64,000 nucleotides of DNA from Eledone cirrhosa (Eukaryota): positions 42,656,001 through 42,720,000 of the forward strand of contig OZ024740.1 of NCBI GenBank assembly GCA_964016885.1, read 5' to 3'. This document shows positions 41,002-54,770 of this stretch, one piece after another. The number at the start of each line of letters is the position of its first letter. Position 1 is the stretch's first letter. The notes below the pieces were generated by a model, which made no database searches, was not told the DNA's origin, and saw only the letters and a list, made by a program, of their open reading frames with translations. Both the position numbers and the translations under genes were made by a program.

Positions 41002-42999
41002 ATGGAAGCCATTACCACAGGTAATGATGACACGCCCACTAAACAAACTGAAGGAGAGCGGGTAGCTGAGGAAACAAGCCACCCTACTGAAAGAATAATG
41101 ATTATTAGAAACATTGAAATAATGGAACCTAACCCTAATGAAAAAAATGTGAAAAAAATTAACTCGGAGAAATTGCCAAAATTAATGGATGACGTTTCGA
41201 CTTTTCACGGCGCCACGCCCACCAGCAAAGGTGAAAGAGAAGTAGTAGCTGTGACTACAAGTCTCTCAGATAATGAAAATATAAGTGAAGATTTTGAAAA
41301 AATGGAGTCTAACCCCAAAGAAAAAAAAATGTGAACGAATACACCAACATAAATAACACAAACACAACAAAAACAACTTTCGCACAGACAACAACAAAAA
41401 TCTATCATATATACACCTATAGACTTAACTGCCGCCAGAGAGAAACTGGCAGAAGCAAAAAAGCACATAGTCTTGGGGGAGAACGGAATGTTTTCCATTA
41501 ATTCCCCACCAGAATTCAAGAAAACGAGACTAGAAAACACTGTTATGTTTAGAACAGTCCTAAACAACACAAGAAAGCCAGCACAGCACAGCCAAATGGA
41601 GATGGAGTTGGTCCTAAATGACCATATGAATAATATTCTCTTCATACGAAAGGACCGACTCTATGGCAGCATTTCTGTCTTAACAAAAGACAAGGAAACA
41701 GCACCGAGGCTTTCCCTAAGCCCCCTCACATCAACAGCATACAGCTTCTATCCCTCCTACATGGGTAGAACTCAGAGAGTCAAAATACAGACAATGCTGC
41801 CCACAATGGACTTCTGGTGGGCTATTGCTGGCTTCATAGACATGGGCGAGGACACAGTGCTGTCAATGGAGAAGGCATCTGGAGATGCGTTCCTGGGAAT
41901 GGGCCTCGACCTACTAGTCCAAATGAGGCCCGAAAGAATAGCGCAAATCCCGGATCGCATCTGGCTGGATGACCTCACCCCAATATATATAATTGTAGAG
42001 GGGAGAAAACCAGCATGTTATTCATGCACGGAAAGGGGTCACGTTAAGGCTAACTGTCCGAATCGTATCCCCCAAAAAGGACTATTGCCCACACCCACCA
42101 CAAACAGTACACCAACACCAATCACCTCCAAAAATAGACTAATACCACACACAGCAAACAAAATACAGACACCACCAACCACAAGCACAACACAAACATC
42201 ACCACCACCAGCACCAAACACAAGCACGACACAAAAATCACGACCACCATCACCAACCACAACACAAACATCACCACCACCATCACCAACCACAAGCACG
42301 ACACAAACATCACCACCACCACCACAAAACACATTCCAAACAAATAATAAAAAAAACAGCAACAAATCTACCCCTCCCGCAAAAAAAAAACAACCAGACA
42401 CCACGTCCGTCCCACCTAGCGCTGAAGAGTTTCCCCCAACTTCTGAAGGAGAAGGAGGAGAAGCCTTCAGACAAGTTAAAAGAAAAAAACGAAAGCACAC
42501 ACCCAGCACACCACAACAACAAATAACCCACACACAAACACCAACTCCAATCAAAAACACCCCACCCCCGACAAACAAAAATATATCTGCGCCTCCCCCC
42601 TTCGAAACATTGACAGCATCACAAAAAAAGACTTTACAATACACATATATAAATAAAGAAAACAAAAAACTGTTTAAATTAATAAACAATAGCCCTTTGG
42701 TGCAGACCGAAGGGCCAAACTTTATCTCAACAGAGAACTTAACCCATTTAAAAATGATAAAGGTTCCTCTGGACCTTTATCGTTCCTTAAAAGAACAATT
42801 TAAACAGGACGTGAGCCCCCCCCCCCTGTTTAAAACCGTTAAATCGCGTCCTCTTGAAAGATTCCCCCATAACCTCCCTCTCCCTGACACAACTCCAAAT
42901 ACCCCAACCCCACCACACTCGGATACCCCACACCACCACAAAACATCCCTCCACCCAACACACCCGACGCCATGGAAATTACACAACCCGGAGAGGTAG
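41002..42999 (+). pseudogene. ORF1 of copy D (CCHC zinc knuckle, Pro/Thr-rich linker), disrupted by a stop near 41334
   Basis: VEGRKPACYSCTERGHVKANCP within the 508-aa open stretch 41473-42999. Confidence 0.85.
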
Positions 43000-43030
43000 G
43001 TGCTTTTCTTTCTTCACTTTCAACACCAAA

Positions 43031-46000
43031 ATAGATCAATTGAGAGTTGGTTGTTTGAATGCGCGTGGCCTGGGCTCAGCTTGGAAGCAAGCAAAGCTTC
43101 TAAGTGACCTCAGGTCACGAAGTATAGATGTGATGGTTGTTTGCGAGAGTCGGATCAGCAGCGTGCGACAGCTGGCTCCCGCCTTCGATGACTTTGAGAT
43201 GCACGCATCTCTCAGTCAACCCGGAGGCGGGGGTGGGGTTGCCGTACTGCTGGATAAACGTCTGGCTCTCGACGTACAGATTGTTCACTCGGACCCGGGG
43301 GGTCGATTACTGGTGCTGGACGTCGGAGGCGGTGAAAGCGGGGCTTTCAGACTGGTCGGTCTTTATGCCCCCTTCCGGGCTGAAAGAGCCGACTACTTCC
43401 AGCGTCTGGAGACTTTTCTAGGAACGTCGTGTTCCCTGCTTTTAGTGGGGGACTGGAATGGAATCCTGGATGCGCGTTGGGACTATGCTGGGGCATGTCC
43501 CGATAGAGGGGGGTGTAGCAGCCTCAAGGGGTTACTCGATCGACTCGACCTGGTCGATAGATTTCGACTAGATTCTCCAACTGTGCCAACCTGGACCTGG
43601 GCAAACCGCAGTGGTCAATCTAGATCGTACCTAGATAGGTTTTTGGTTAGGAGTAAGGATAGGGACGTATTTAGTTGTCCAGAATTGCTCATGGTTGGCT
43701 ATTCAGATCACAAATTAGTGACCTGCGTGGTCAACCTTGATAGAACGCATAGACAGAGTCCCGGTTACTGGAAGATGAACTTGTCCTTGCCGGCAAAGGA
43801 AGCTTACAGGAACCGGATTAGTAGCTTAGTTAAGATGCGGTTGACGGGAGCGATCGTCAACAGCAGGTGGTGGGCATCTCTAAAGAGAGAGATTAGAGTA
43901 AGTTTGATAGGTTATAGTAAGGAACTACCGGCGAATCGAAATAGGAGGGAAAGGGAGTTGACAGATAAACTAGAAGAGGCGATTAGGAGCGGAGACGTGG
44001 CCAGAGTGTTAGCGTCGAGAATGGCGTTGAGCCAGTTCTTTGACGTGAAGCACGAAGGCTGCGTGTCCGAAGTAAAATACGTGCTTTAGGAAACGAGGGG
44101 ACCAAAGCTGTTAGCTGGGCCCGCGTGACAGAAGCCAAGAGTGGGATTAAATCCACCATTCGGTCTTTGCGAGACCAGGATGGACGGGTGATCCTTGAAT
44201 CTGAGCGGATGTGCGAGGCCTTTCAAAGGCACTTTGCTCGACTGTTCGGAGGGGGCGGGGGCCGGACGGGGATGTGGACTTCGGTCCATACCTCGACGGT
44301 CTACCGCGTCTTTCGAGCGGCGAAGCGGAGTGCTGCGAAAGGCCAATCACAGCCCCTGAAATCGGGGAAGCGCTCAGCCAATGCAGCAGACGCAAATCTC
44401 CGGGTCTCAATGGTCTACCATACGAACTTTATTTAGCTATGCCGGTCTTGTTCTCCGAACTCCTCAAGGCTGTCTATTGCAACTGGCAACAGAACGGGAG
44501 AATTCCCTGTTCTGTGAACAAGAGCGTAGTCACGCTAGTGAGGAAGGACGAGAGCAAGGGGGACGACTTAAGTAACTTTAGGCCCATAACTCTGCTAAAT
44601 GCAGAGTTACAGATTTTGGCCAAGGTGTTAGCGAAGAGGTTGGCGCTTGTGGTGGGTGGCTTGGTGGAAGACGCGCAGACATGCGCTGTCCCGTCCAGGT
44701 CCATTCACGACAACCTCCACCTCATGCGATACATCGTAGAGAGGGTTGGGAACAAACCCCGCTTTGGTGGGGCCTTGATCAACTTGGATCAATCTAAGGC
44801 GTTCGATAGGGTCGACCATGGTTACCTGGATGCGGTGCTAGCGGTGGCGGGCTTCGGACCCGTTTTCAGGGGCTGGATTTCTGCCATGCACAGTAGCAAC
44901 GTCTGCTCTAGGGTTAAAGTAAACGGCTACCTCTCGGAGCCGTTTCAAATCACCCGGTCCATCAGGCAGGGGTGCCCCCTCTCCTCCCTTCTTTACGTAT
45001 TGGCTCTCGAGCCAATGCGGCGGAAGTTGGAGTTGCTGTGGGGCATACCCCTGGAACCGGGATTGCACAAAGCGGTCTCGGCCTATGCCGACGACGTAAC
45101 AGTAATGGTGGCGGACGCCTCGGAAATCGGGGCGATCGCCACCCTACTGGAAGAATACGAAAGGCTGACGGGGGCTAGGCTGAACCGGGATAAGTCAGTC
45201 GGTTTGCAACTCGGAACGTGGAGGGGCAAACCGATGCCGTTAGACGGTGTCGTCGGACGGTGGATGGAGGGCCCGGTGAAGCTGCACGGGGTCTGGTTCG
45301 GACCGGACCTCCAGGTGGAGAAGAATTGGGGCGAGGTGACGAGCAGGGTGTTAGCGCTGACCCAGAAGTTGGCCAAGTGCAAACTATCACTGAAAGGTCT
45401 GGCGGAGGTGGCGAACGCTTACATAGCGTCCGTTATCTACTACCGCCTGACCGTCGTGCCTTGCCCTAAGGAAACGCTCACCATCATGGAGCGCATGCTC
45501 TTCCAGTTCCTCTTGAAGAAGCGGCCTCCCATGGTGAGGAGATCCATCTGCCGCCAGCACCCTTCGAAAGGAGGGCTGGGTATGCCGTGGCTGTTGATGC
45601 GTAGGCACGCATTGAGGCTACGGCATCTACAGGTATTCCTCACCGGTCAGCCGGTGTGGGCCCCGTTTGTGAGGCGAGCCTTCCCACAGCTTGTCTCGCT
45701 CACCGAGCTGCAATCCTGGGTGAAGCAAAGACCAAGAAAACTGGGCAACTGGCACACCAAGTGTGCCCAGGCGCTCACGGCTCTCTGGCAAGCGGACCCG
45801 ACTATCAGTGGAGAATCCACCTCGACATTCTATAGAGGGTTGGTGGCTAGCAGGGGCGATGACACCCTTGGAGAGTCGCTAGGCATGGAGGAGGACGAAC
45901 TGGCCAGCCTGTTCGGTAGAACTTTCGGCCCGGGATCCATGGACAACTTCCAGAGGTCCCTAGCCTGGCAGTGCAACCGGGGGGGCTCTGCGCGTTCGAG

Positions 46001-46467
46001 AAAAGCTCTACAGACACGGGCGCCCGGGCAGGGATCCCGCGAAAAAGATCTGTCCCAGATGCGTGCGCGACGAGGAAACCGTTGCCCACGCACTGGTACA
46101 CTGTCCGGGCGTTGCCGATCTGTGGGGCTACGTCGAACTACTGCTGTCGCGTGTGGGGCCAATTCGATTGGCCGCCGAGTCCGTGGTGAGCATCAAGCCG
46201 CCTCCTCCCTTCAGAAATGAAGCAGAGGCGGTCTTTCTGTGCGTAATAGCCATGATGAAAGAGGTTGTGTGGTGGACGCGCCTGAAAGGTCTGAGGTCGG
46301 GTGACTTTCTCTCCGGCCAACACCTGGTTTACTTCTAGCGATACCACTTCGGAAGAAGGATCAGGATGGAGAAAGAAGTGCTTGGCCCCAGACAGTTTTA
46401 TGAAAGGTGGGTGAAAGAGGCGAGAATGGCTCGTGTAAATGGGCCTTCTCTCTACATTGTTCTGTAG
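43031..46467 (+). pseudogene. ORF2 of copy D (APE + RT + zinc knuckle); probable start mutated to ATA, frameshifts
   Basis: CLNARGL, VCESR, GDWN, YLDRF, SDH; FRPITLLN, DQSKAFDRVDH, RQGCPLS, YADD. Confidence 0.95.
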
Positions 46468-48254
46468 GTGAAGAAGTGAAGAGGAAAGGGGGAGCGCCTC
46501 TTCTCTGGGCTTCCCCCGGGAAAAGGGTTGCACACTTTTCGGGGGTATGTGCAATCCCCAACACGCCCCCTCCCTTTTGAGGACTTTTTATTATTATATT
46601 ATTTTTATTGTTATTCCTTTTTCTTTACTCGCATTTATGTAAACTCCCCCCTGTGTATTTGTCCCTTTCTCTTGTGCCCTAGTGGCAAATAAAGAAATAT
46701 ATCTGTCTATCTGTGTATCTACCGGTCTATGTGTGTGTGTTTAACTATGTATGTGTATGTATACAAAGCGATAAAACTATGATCATTTATTACAATTCAT
46801 TCTATTTTTATATAATTGTTTATTTTAAAATAAAATTCTTGATATTCATCGATTTTCTTAAAGCCAATACTATTTACAATAATCAAATTCGTCTAGCTAA
46901 TCTGTGAAAGACTTCACTATAAAAAGCCATTGTGTTCCATCTTTATTTAACATTTAAATTGTATTCTTAGCTGGGTCAAGTGCAAATACTTCAAATATAA
47001 GTTTAAAACTGAACGTATGTTTTCTGTGTCTCAACATAATAATTTGAATTATTTTTCTATATATTTAATTAAAAAAATCAAGATTAATATAACAGCAGTA
47101 GCAAGATGCAGCAATGTTTTACACGAGACTTCATGATTCGGAAATTATATTATAAAAAAAGTAACAAAGGTTTTCTACTAATATATATTTTCGGTCAAGA
47201 ATATCTATATCTCCTTGAAATGAAGACGGCATGCATCTATGCATGTTTATCTGCCAGGAGTATGATCCTTTTCAATTTCAATCTGAAAACATTAGCTGGA
47301 ACAATTCTAAGTTTATATCTTTGGAATGTTTAGGTAGATAAAAGTTTAAAATTTAACCTCATCTAATGGAAAGACTAAATTCTAAATCGATTTCTTTTAG
47401 GGAGAATCTGATAACATATTTGTTAAAGTGACCGTATAAAAAAGGGGTATGACATGAGACGCTTTGAATTTAAATGAAACATTTGACATGTTCGTTGTAG
47501 AATCAATAAAATCTTATTTCCTGACGTATGGTAAATACTTTTCATTTTGCAGAATTTATATTACGAGTTTTCAACAAGACTGTGCTTCAATTGATATCCT
47601 ATTAATATGTATTTACTCCTGAAGTTTGAATTTTAAATTTAGATTTAAATTTCAATTATGAACTAGACAACATTATAACCAAATTGCCTTATAGTCAAAT
47701 AGTTGTATTGTGGTAGTAGACACATGAAAACAGCTTTGATGAATTCCAGCATGGCGAATTCCAGAAAAATGTCTTATCTTTTGTCAATGTTATTTTGCTG
47801 GACGAAGTCCCGTAATGATCCTTATGCGAGTTCCGGGTTGATAAACCAATTGTTGGAATATATACATATTTACATAATTATTACTAGCAGTTCGGCTTCT
47901 GGTGAAATAGGCACTAGTTTGGGTAATTATTAAATTGTTTTAATGTTTTTACTGATTGAACTGATTATCAATTATTTAATGTTAGTGTCTTATGTTTTGT
48001 GTATGGTCATAATTAATTTGTGGTATATATCAATAATTTTGATTTCTTCATTCAATGAATTGATGACCGTTAGTCGCTTATCATATCAAACTTTTGTTGA
48101 TTACCCTATGAATTTGGTTGCAGACTTACTACCGATGTTATTCATGAAATACTCTGCAACTATTTAACCATAGATAGTATTGAGCAGGACTCTGTGTGTC
48201 ATGGTGATGCAGTACGAAGCCTGCCTGAAGCCTCTTGTGGTATTTTGATGTCAC

Positions 48255-48349
<95 letters not shown>

Positions 48350-48640
48350 ATTGCATGTGTGTGTATGTATGATAATACAAGGATGATTTGTTAAGCCTTC
48401 ATTACGTTTATTGATTGGTGATGCGCGTTTCACTATTGATCAGCTCAAGGCTCGATCGGTATCGATGTGGCCCGATTCTGGAGTCAAAAGCTCGTCGGGC
48501 CTCTGTTGAAGTAATCACAGAATGATTCGTTCTTGTATTATTATATTACACTCTATCTAGTTCTACACCTCGCCACTGACGTGTACCTAAACATCGAGTG
48601 GTCACCTGGGTGAATTTACAGTAACTTCACCTTACACTCC

Positions 48641-48750
<110 letters not shown>

Positions 48751-49017
48751 TAATGTAAGTTTAGTAAAATCGAAGTTTCGTCTGTAGTCAAGCTAACGAA
48801 ATACAATCAGGAATTATGCTGCCAAGCACTCGATGAGCTGTGCTCAGAGTAATAACATACGTTAGATAGCAGGACAAATTGAAAACTGTGGCAGGCAAGC
48901 CTAGCCACAACATCGAAGCAACGAGAAAAACTTTCAGGTTAAATAACGATATATATATATATATAAAATAAAGTAATTAAGTCAAATATTTAAAATTTGG
49001 CTGCGTTCATTAAGCAT

Positions 49018-49074
49018 GTACTGATATATATATTTCGGTGACAGCCGTCATTGGCTGTGACCTCTTCAGGCAGT
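49018..49074 (-). ncRNA. Hammerhead motif with (TA)n stem III
   Basis: Minus strand CTGAAGA-GGTCACAGCC-aatgac-GGCTGTCACC-GAAA-TATATATA-TC; stem I imperfect. Confidence 0.6.
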
Positions 49075-49184
49075 CTGAATTGGTGTGGTAGAGACAGATA
49101 CACATGTTGTTAAAGTGTTTTACTCCCTCAATACTCCGATATGTTCAGCTCCTGGTTGGGTTGTTATTTCTCTGAGGAACTGGA

Positions 49185-49223
<39 letters not shown>

Positions 49224-49234
49224 AATAATATATA

Positions 49235-49815
49235 TAATAAATGTAATCTGAGTTTTTCGAATATTAATAATGGCACAAGGCCATCAATATGGGGGAGGGG
49301 AAAGTCGATTGATTCGACTCCAGTGTGTAACTGGTACTTTATTTCATCGAATATTAATAATAACATTCGATTTGTTTGCAATTATGCAAACGTGCCTCAT
49401 GTTTAACGCCATGTCAGTAGAATGACCCCCTCATTCTTGGTCTTGTGTTGGCATGTGAACAGAACTGCAGACACCAATGTTTCTGGATATCACACTTCAT
49501 CAGTACAGCTCACTCTTCACCTGCCAACTGTCAGAGCTAGTGAAAATATATGCTACTTTCTAAAATATAAAATGACTGATCGGCCTGATTTGCATATCAG
49601 CAGACTGGCTGATCAGTCAGATCTGCATATTAGCAGATCCACTGATCAGCCAGATTTGCATATCAGCAGACTGGCCAGTCAGTTTACGAGCGATAAATGG
49701 CCGGCTTTGCCTCATTCAAATAAAAAGAACATTTTCGCTCTACATGGCTGAATACAATAAATGTAATCTGAGTTTTCGAATTACATATTGTATTCAGCCA
49801 TGTAGAGCGAAAATC
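49235..49815 (-). mobile_element. PLE pseudo-LTR (family of 26998-27395) with hammerhead 49462-49511, nested SINE fragment 49272-49346 and terminal palindrome 49730-49813
   Basis: Minus strand GAGCTGTA-CTGATGA...GAAAC-ATTGGT-GTC-TGCAGTTC; SINE TSD TCGAATATTAATAAT at 49257-49271 and 49347-49361. Confidence 0.75.
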
Positions 49816-50010
49816 TTCTTCTTCTTCTTCTTGAGCGGGTCGTAGGCGCAGAGTCCTGAAACACTTCTCCCAGTGGGTTCTGTCAGATGCAACAATCTCC
49901 AACTGATCCGGCTGGATTCCCAAGCGAGACCGGACAATTTCATGGATGTTATCCAACCCTCATGTTCAGTGTCTACCCCTTGCTCTCCAGCCGGTTGGTT
50001 TTGCCCATAA
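49816..50010 (-). mobile_element. RTE-type LINE 3' fragment with (GAA)n tail
   Basis: AKPTGWRARGR...LDNIHEIVRSRLGIQPDQLEIVASDRTHWEKCFRTL then (GAA)n. Confidence 0.65.
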
Positions 50011-50089
50011 AATCAGTCCAGTATGGTTGTTTTAACTCACACGAATAGTTGAATAAGGATTACCAAGCTGACTTGATGCCTGTCTGAGA

Positions 50090-50473
50090 TAGGTTGATGG
50101 GGCTTTTGCGAAAGTTTTTCAATCTAATTCATCATGTCTTCATCCATCTTAGGACTTCCATTCCTGTCAAAGTCATGTACTGATCCTGTTTCTTTGAATT
50201 TTACAAAGCAAGCTCGTATTGTTTTGTGTGTAATGAGTTTACTATTTTCGCTGAACAACAGTTACAGACGTGTACTCTACCATTAACAAAACAATTGAAA
50301 TTCTTTCTTCAGTTGGCATGTTTTCTTCAATTCGCTACACGTATACTTAGGAAATGAAATCATTATTTGTTTACACAACAATTCATATAATTGGTGATAT
50401 TTTTGACCAATCAAATTTAAATATATATGATTTGCATAAAAATAAACTAGGGAGGGACTTTCCACTCACCGTG
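50090..50473 (-). mobile_element. Tc1/mariner-superfamily 5' remnant
   Basis: TIR-like TA-CACGGTGAGTGGAAAGTCCC; decayed MPTEERISIVLLMVEYTSVTVVQRK...KFKETGSVHDFDRNGSP (N-terminal HTH). Confidence 0.7.
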
Positions 50474-50554
50474 TATATATATATATATATATATATATAG
50501 CCGTCGAAGCGGCTTGAGCTTTGCCGTCGGGGTTACACATTTTCCTATATACAC

Positions 50555-50635
<81 letters not shown>

Positions 50636-50695
50636 TATTCATAATATTATTCAAAATATTAACAAATGAAGATATTCACATAATCAAAATATATG

Positions 50696-50760
50696 ATTTA
50701 TTATATATATTTCGAAGGTACTGTGTTGTTTTTTTCCAGTACGTCCTCGTCAGATAAAAT
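50696..50760 (-). ncRNA. Hammerhead motif (family of 59430-59480 and 61510-61560)
   Basis: Minus strand ATTTTAT-CTGACGA-GGACGTACTG...CAGTACCTTC-GAAA-TATATA-TA-ATAAAT. Confidence 0.65.
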
Positions 50761-51329
50761 ATATGATTTGATATATGACATACCTCTACGGTCTTGATAT
50801 TTCAATTCCAGTATTGGCAGTGATTTATTTCATCAAATCTCAACATTTATATACCACAAATAATATGATAAACTTAAAGAAGAAAAGGACACGGAGCTAA
50901 TTAGAGATATAAGAGAAGAAAAAAAAAAAAATACATATATAAATATTTAAATGAATATATAGATGGGTGAAATAGAGGAAGAAAGAAGAAAAGTAAGAAA
51001 GAAGAAATAACTACAAAATAAATTATGGGGGGGGGGGATAAGTTGAAAAAACCATTGTTTTCAAATATTAGGTCAATTGACGCAACCAATCAATTACCAT
51101 AGACCAGTGAAAAACTCTAGTATTTGGTTATGGTTAAGCTAATTATACTAATATAATATATCAACATTAATCAATATACATTACTTTTCATAGCCGTCAC
51201 ATATTTATTTAATTAAATATTATTGATAAACACATTTATTTAATTAAATATTATTGATAATTACAAGTTATGACAATTTAATTAACAAGAAGAACGAATT
51301 ATTTAGCAGCTGCCAACATAGAATCGATA

Positions 51330-51515
51330 ATGGTTTCTACTTTTTGGCACAAGGCCAGCAATTTCCCAGTTTATTACTGGTTCTTTATTTTATCGACCCC
51401 GTAAGGATGAAAGGCAAAGTTAACCTCGGCGGGATTTGAACTCAGAATGACAAGGGCCGTAACTCCATGTGTCAAAGCATGGCGTCCGACCTTCTACCGA
51501 TACTGCCAATCCACC
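51330..51515 (-). mobile_element. Major SINE, inserted just after a PLE ORF-end remnant (LINKKNELFSSCQHR at ~51278-51322)
   Basis: SINE consensus motifs; the peptide resembles the 59990-60045 ORF end. Confidence 0.82.
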
Positions 51516-51965
51516 GATAATACATTCCAAGCATTATACAAGTTTCGAAAGAATATTGACAATTAATAATTTTATAAATATATTTATATTTATAATTTTT
51601 GCCTTACTGGAGTAATAATGTATTGATGTTTTATCTATTATAATAATTTCATTATGAGGACAGTTCAATATTTAACTTGACAATTGTTGATTTATGGTTT
51701 AGAAATATCACTATATTTCAGAGTAGATATATTGTTTAATGCTCACATATGTTGAATGAGTTATCTTCCTTTTGTTTACATTCTTCGTAAATATTTTTAT
51801 TCTGTTTGAATAGCTTGCTATTTTAATTTTTGACATAAATGATATATTTGAATAATATAAGAATTTCTTTAAAAGGAACTGTAATAATGTGTAATTACTG
51901 AAGTAAATATAAATTAATGAAATAAAACTTCTGAGAGTAAATATAACTAAAATTTAATATGATAA

Positions 51966-52355
<390 letters not shown>

Positions 52356-52399
52356 CGACGAAACATAAGTCAATTGCATGAACTCATAATCCTTTATTT

Positions 52400-52455
52400 A
52401 CTGCTATATATATTTCGATGATAGCCATTGAATGGCTATGGCCTCATCAGGCAGT
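52400..52455 (-). ncRNA. Type I hammerhead with TATATA stem III
   Basis: Minus strand ACTGC-CTGATGA-GGCC-ATAGCCATT-c-AATGGCTAT-CATC-GAAA-TATATA-TA-GCAGT. Confidence 0.72.
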
Positions 52456-53508
52456 TAGTCAGTTCTTAGATATGCCAGCTCTGTGTTTATAGTGTTGATG
52501 GTATCAGAGCCTTGGGACATATATATATATATATATGTATACATGCGTGTGTGTGTGGGGTGGGTGGGGGTGGGGGGTGTTACATGTGTTGTGTGTACTG
52601 AGTTTGCGTCTTCATGTGTGTGTGTTGTGTTTGCGTGTGCGTTTGCGTGTATTTGCAAACAGCGGTTAATCCGTGCAGCTACATGCGATTTCTTTAAAAG
52701 GCCAAACAATGTTTTCCTGGTATCCTTCATCTATTTTTAAACCTGCATAACCTGCATATATAGAAGTGTGCATTGTGTTTAATATTAATGTATTTTTATA
52801 TTTTCTGATAAAATTGTTTTAGAACTTACTCGAAATATAGAGAATAATAACCTTTGCTTTAACTCCTATTAACTAGAATTATCCCAGAGCCTTTATAGGA
52901 AATTACATATTTCAGAATAAAAAAAGAAAACATCAATTTAGAAAATATGTATTCGAGTGTCAATATTGACTTTTCTATTCCGCTTCCTGCATAGGAATAG
53001 GAATAAGAATTCTTTAAACCTCTAGAACATAGATTATTCATACAAGCTTGCCGATATTGCGGTTATAAGAAAATAAAAAGGAAAAAAAAAGCGAGGAATA
53101 ATATAGCTCGCATTATTATAATTTACAATATATTTCGTATGAATGAATTTTCTTTAAATTATTTTCGGTAATTCTTCTTCGAAAGAAAAATACAGTGGCA
53201 GCATTTGTATTTAATGAACGTAAAGACTTAATCAACAGTATTTTACTTGAATATTCAAAAGATATATTTAAATATAATACCAATGAAATAACAGTAAGTT
53301 TCGAATATTTGAAGATCTAAAAGAATTATTTATAGATGACTAAGCTATATATATATATATATATATATATATGCGTGTGTGTGTGTGTGTGTGTGTATAC
53401 ACATATATATACACACATAAATATATAAATATATATACATATATATACATATACATACACATACATATATATATATACATATGCATACACAAATATATAC
53501 ATATACAT

Positions 53509-53553
<45 letters not shown>

Positions 53554-53596
53554 CATATACATATGTATATATGTATATGCATATGTGTGTGTCTAC

Positions 53597-53657
<61 letters not shown>

Positions 53658-53974
53658 GATAGATAGATAGATAGATACATATATATATTCATATATTGTT
53701 ATACACATACACTAATACAAACACACATATCCACTCACATATAAACACACTTATAGAAATAAAAATACATATACATACACACATAGTGGGATACATACAC
53801 ACCCATAATATCAACGTCTGACATCACATTGCAACATATAAATAATTCTTTAACATTCATAAATACGTTATTTATTCATCAGTCACATAAATTCTATTTC
53901 CGACTTCTAAGTAACGTTCATTGCTGAAACTAATGTATGGCATCATAGCATATTTGTTCTTATAAATCATTAAT

Positions 53975-54155
53975 TGTTTCTACTTTAGGCACAAGGCCAG
54001 CAATTACCCAGTGCATTACTGGTACTTTATTTTATCGACCCCGTAAGGATGAAAGGCAAAGTCAACCTCGGCGGGATTTGAACTCAGATCGTAAAGGGAC
54101 ATAACTATGCTGGAAAGCATGGCGTCCGACCCTCCACCGATACTGCCAATCCACC
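53975..54155 (-). mobile_element. Major SINE, near full length, with 19-bp TSD
   Basis: TSD GTTCTTATAAATCATTAAT at 53956-53974 and 54156-54174. Confidence 0.93.
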
Positions 54156-54532
54156 GTTCTTATAAATCATTAATAATGATTGAAAAGAAATTATTGCTTT
54201 AATTGTTTCTATTAGAAATATTATATGTTGTATATTTTTGAATTTTTTCAAGATTCTCATGCAAGTTTAACTAATCTGAATATGAATTAATTATAGAATC
54301 TTAGGACATCAATATGAAAATAAGAATAAGAATATGAAAAAAGAATAAATTGTTAGGTATAATATACACCATATATTAGTAATGTCTACGTCATTGGAAG
54401 TAATTTACAAGAGTGGATTGCATTCAGAAAATGATCGAAGCATTGTAATATTTGAAGTCGATAACAACAATACTTACAGTTTCAGAGCAAATGTAATGAG
54501 TAATTGCCACGTGACATTCAGAGGATTTAAAC

Positions 54533-54770
54533 CAGTCATGGCAAACGTTTCTGATTTTTTTACCCAAACTTTTCAGTCGTGATTTATCTTTCTATCCTTT
54601 TCACGATCGAGGAAAATAACGTGTATGAATTCTGAAGAAACAAATCAACACAACCTGAGTTACCACCCTTTTTTAAATGTGGGCACGAATGTAAATTAAC
54701 ACTTGCAGCCCGCCTGATGATGAATCATATCTCATGAGGCCCGCTTCTCGAAAAAGGTTGCCGATACCTC
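54533..54770. mobile_element. hAT (Charlie-like) MITE
   Basis: 8-bp TSD ATTTAAAC (54525-54532, 54771-54778); degenerate TIRs CAGTCATGGCAAACG / AGGTTGCCGATACCTC; subterminal GGCCCGC. Confidence 0.78.

Larger units (their letters stand above)
40795..46697 (+). mobile_element. Tx1/L1-clade retrotransposon copy D, full length (~5.9 kb), decayed
   Basis: Begins CCGGTTGGCATAGACGTG after (ATCT)n; ends GTGGCAAATAAAGAAA then degenerate ATCT repeats. Confidence 0.95.

Noticed and set aside
53975-54155. tRNA-like A/B-box sequences
   Set aside because: Heads of a dispersed SINE family with TSDs; no cloverleaf
54714-54755. CTGATGA...CGAAA inside the hAT MITE
   Set aside because: No convincing stem I/II and no NUH after GAAA; chance match
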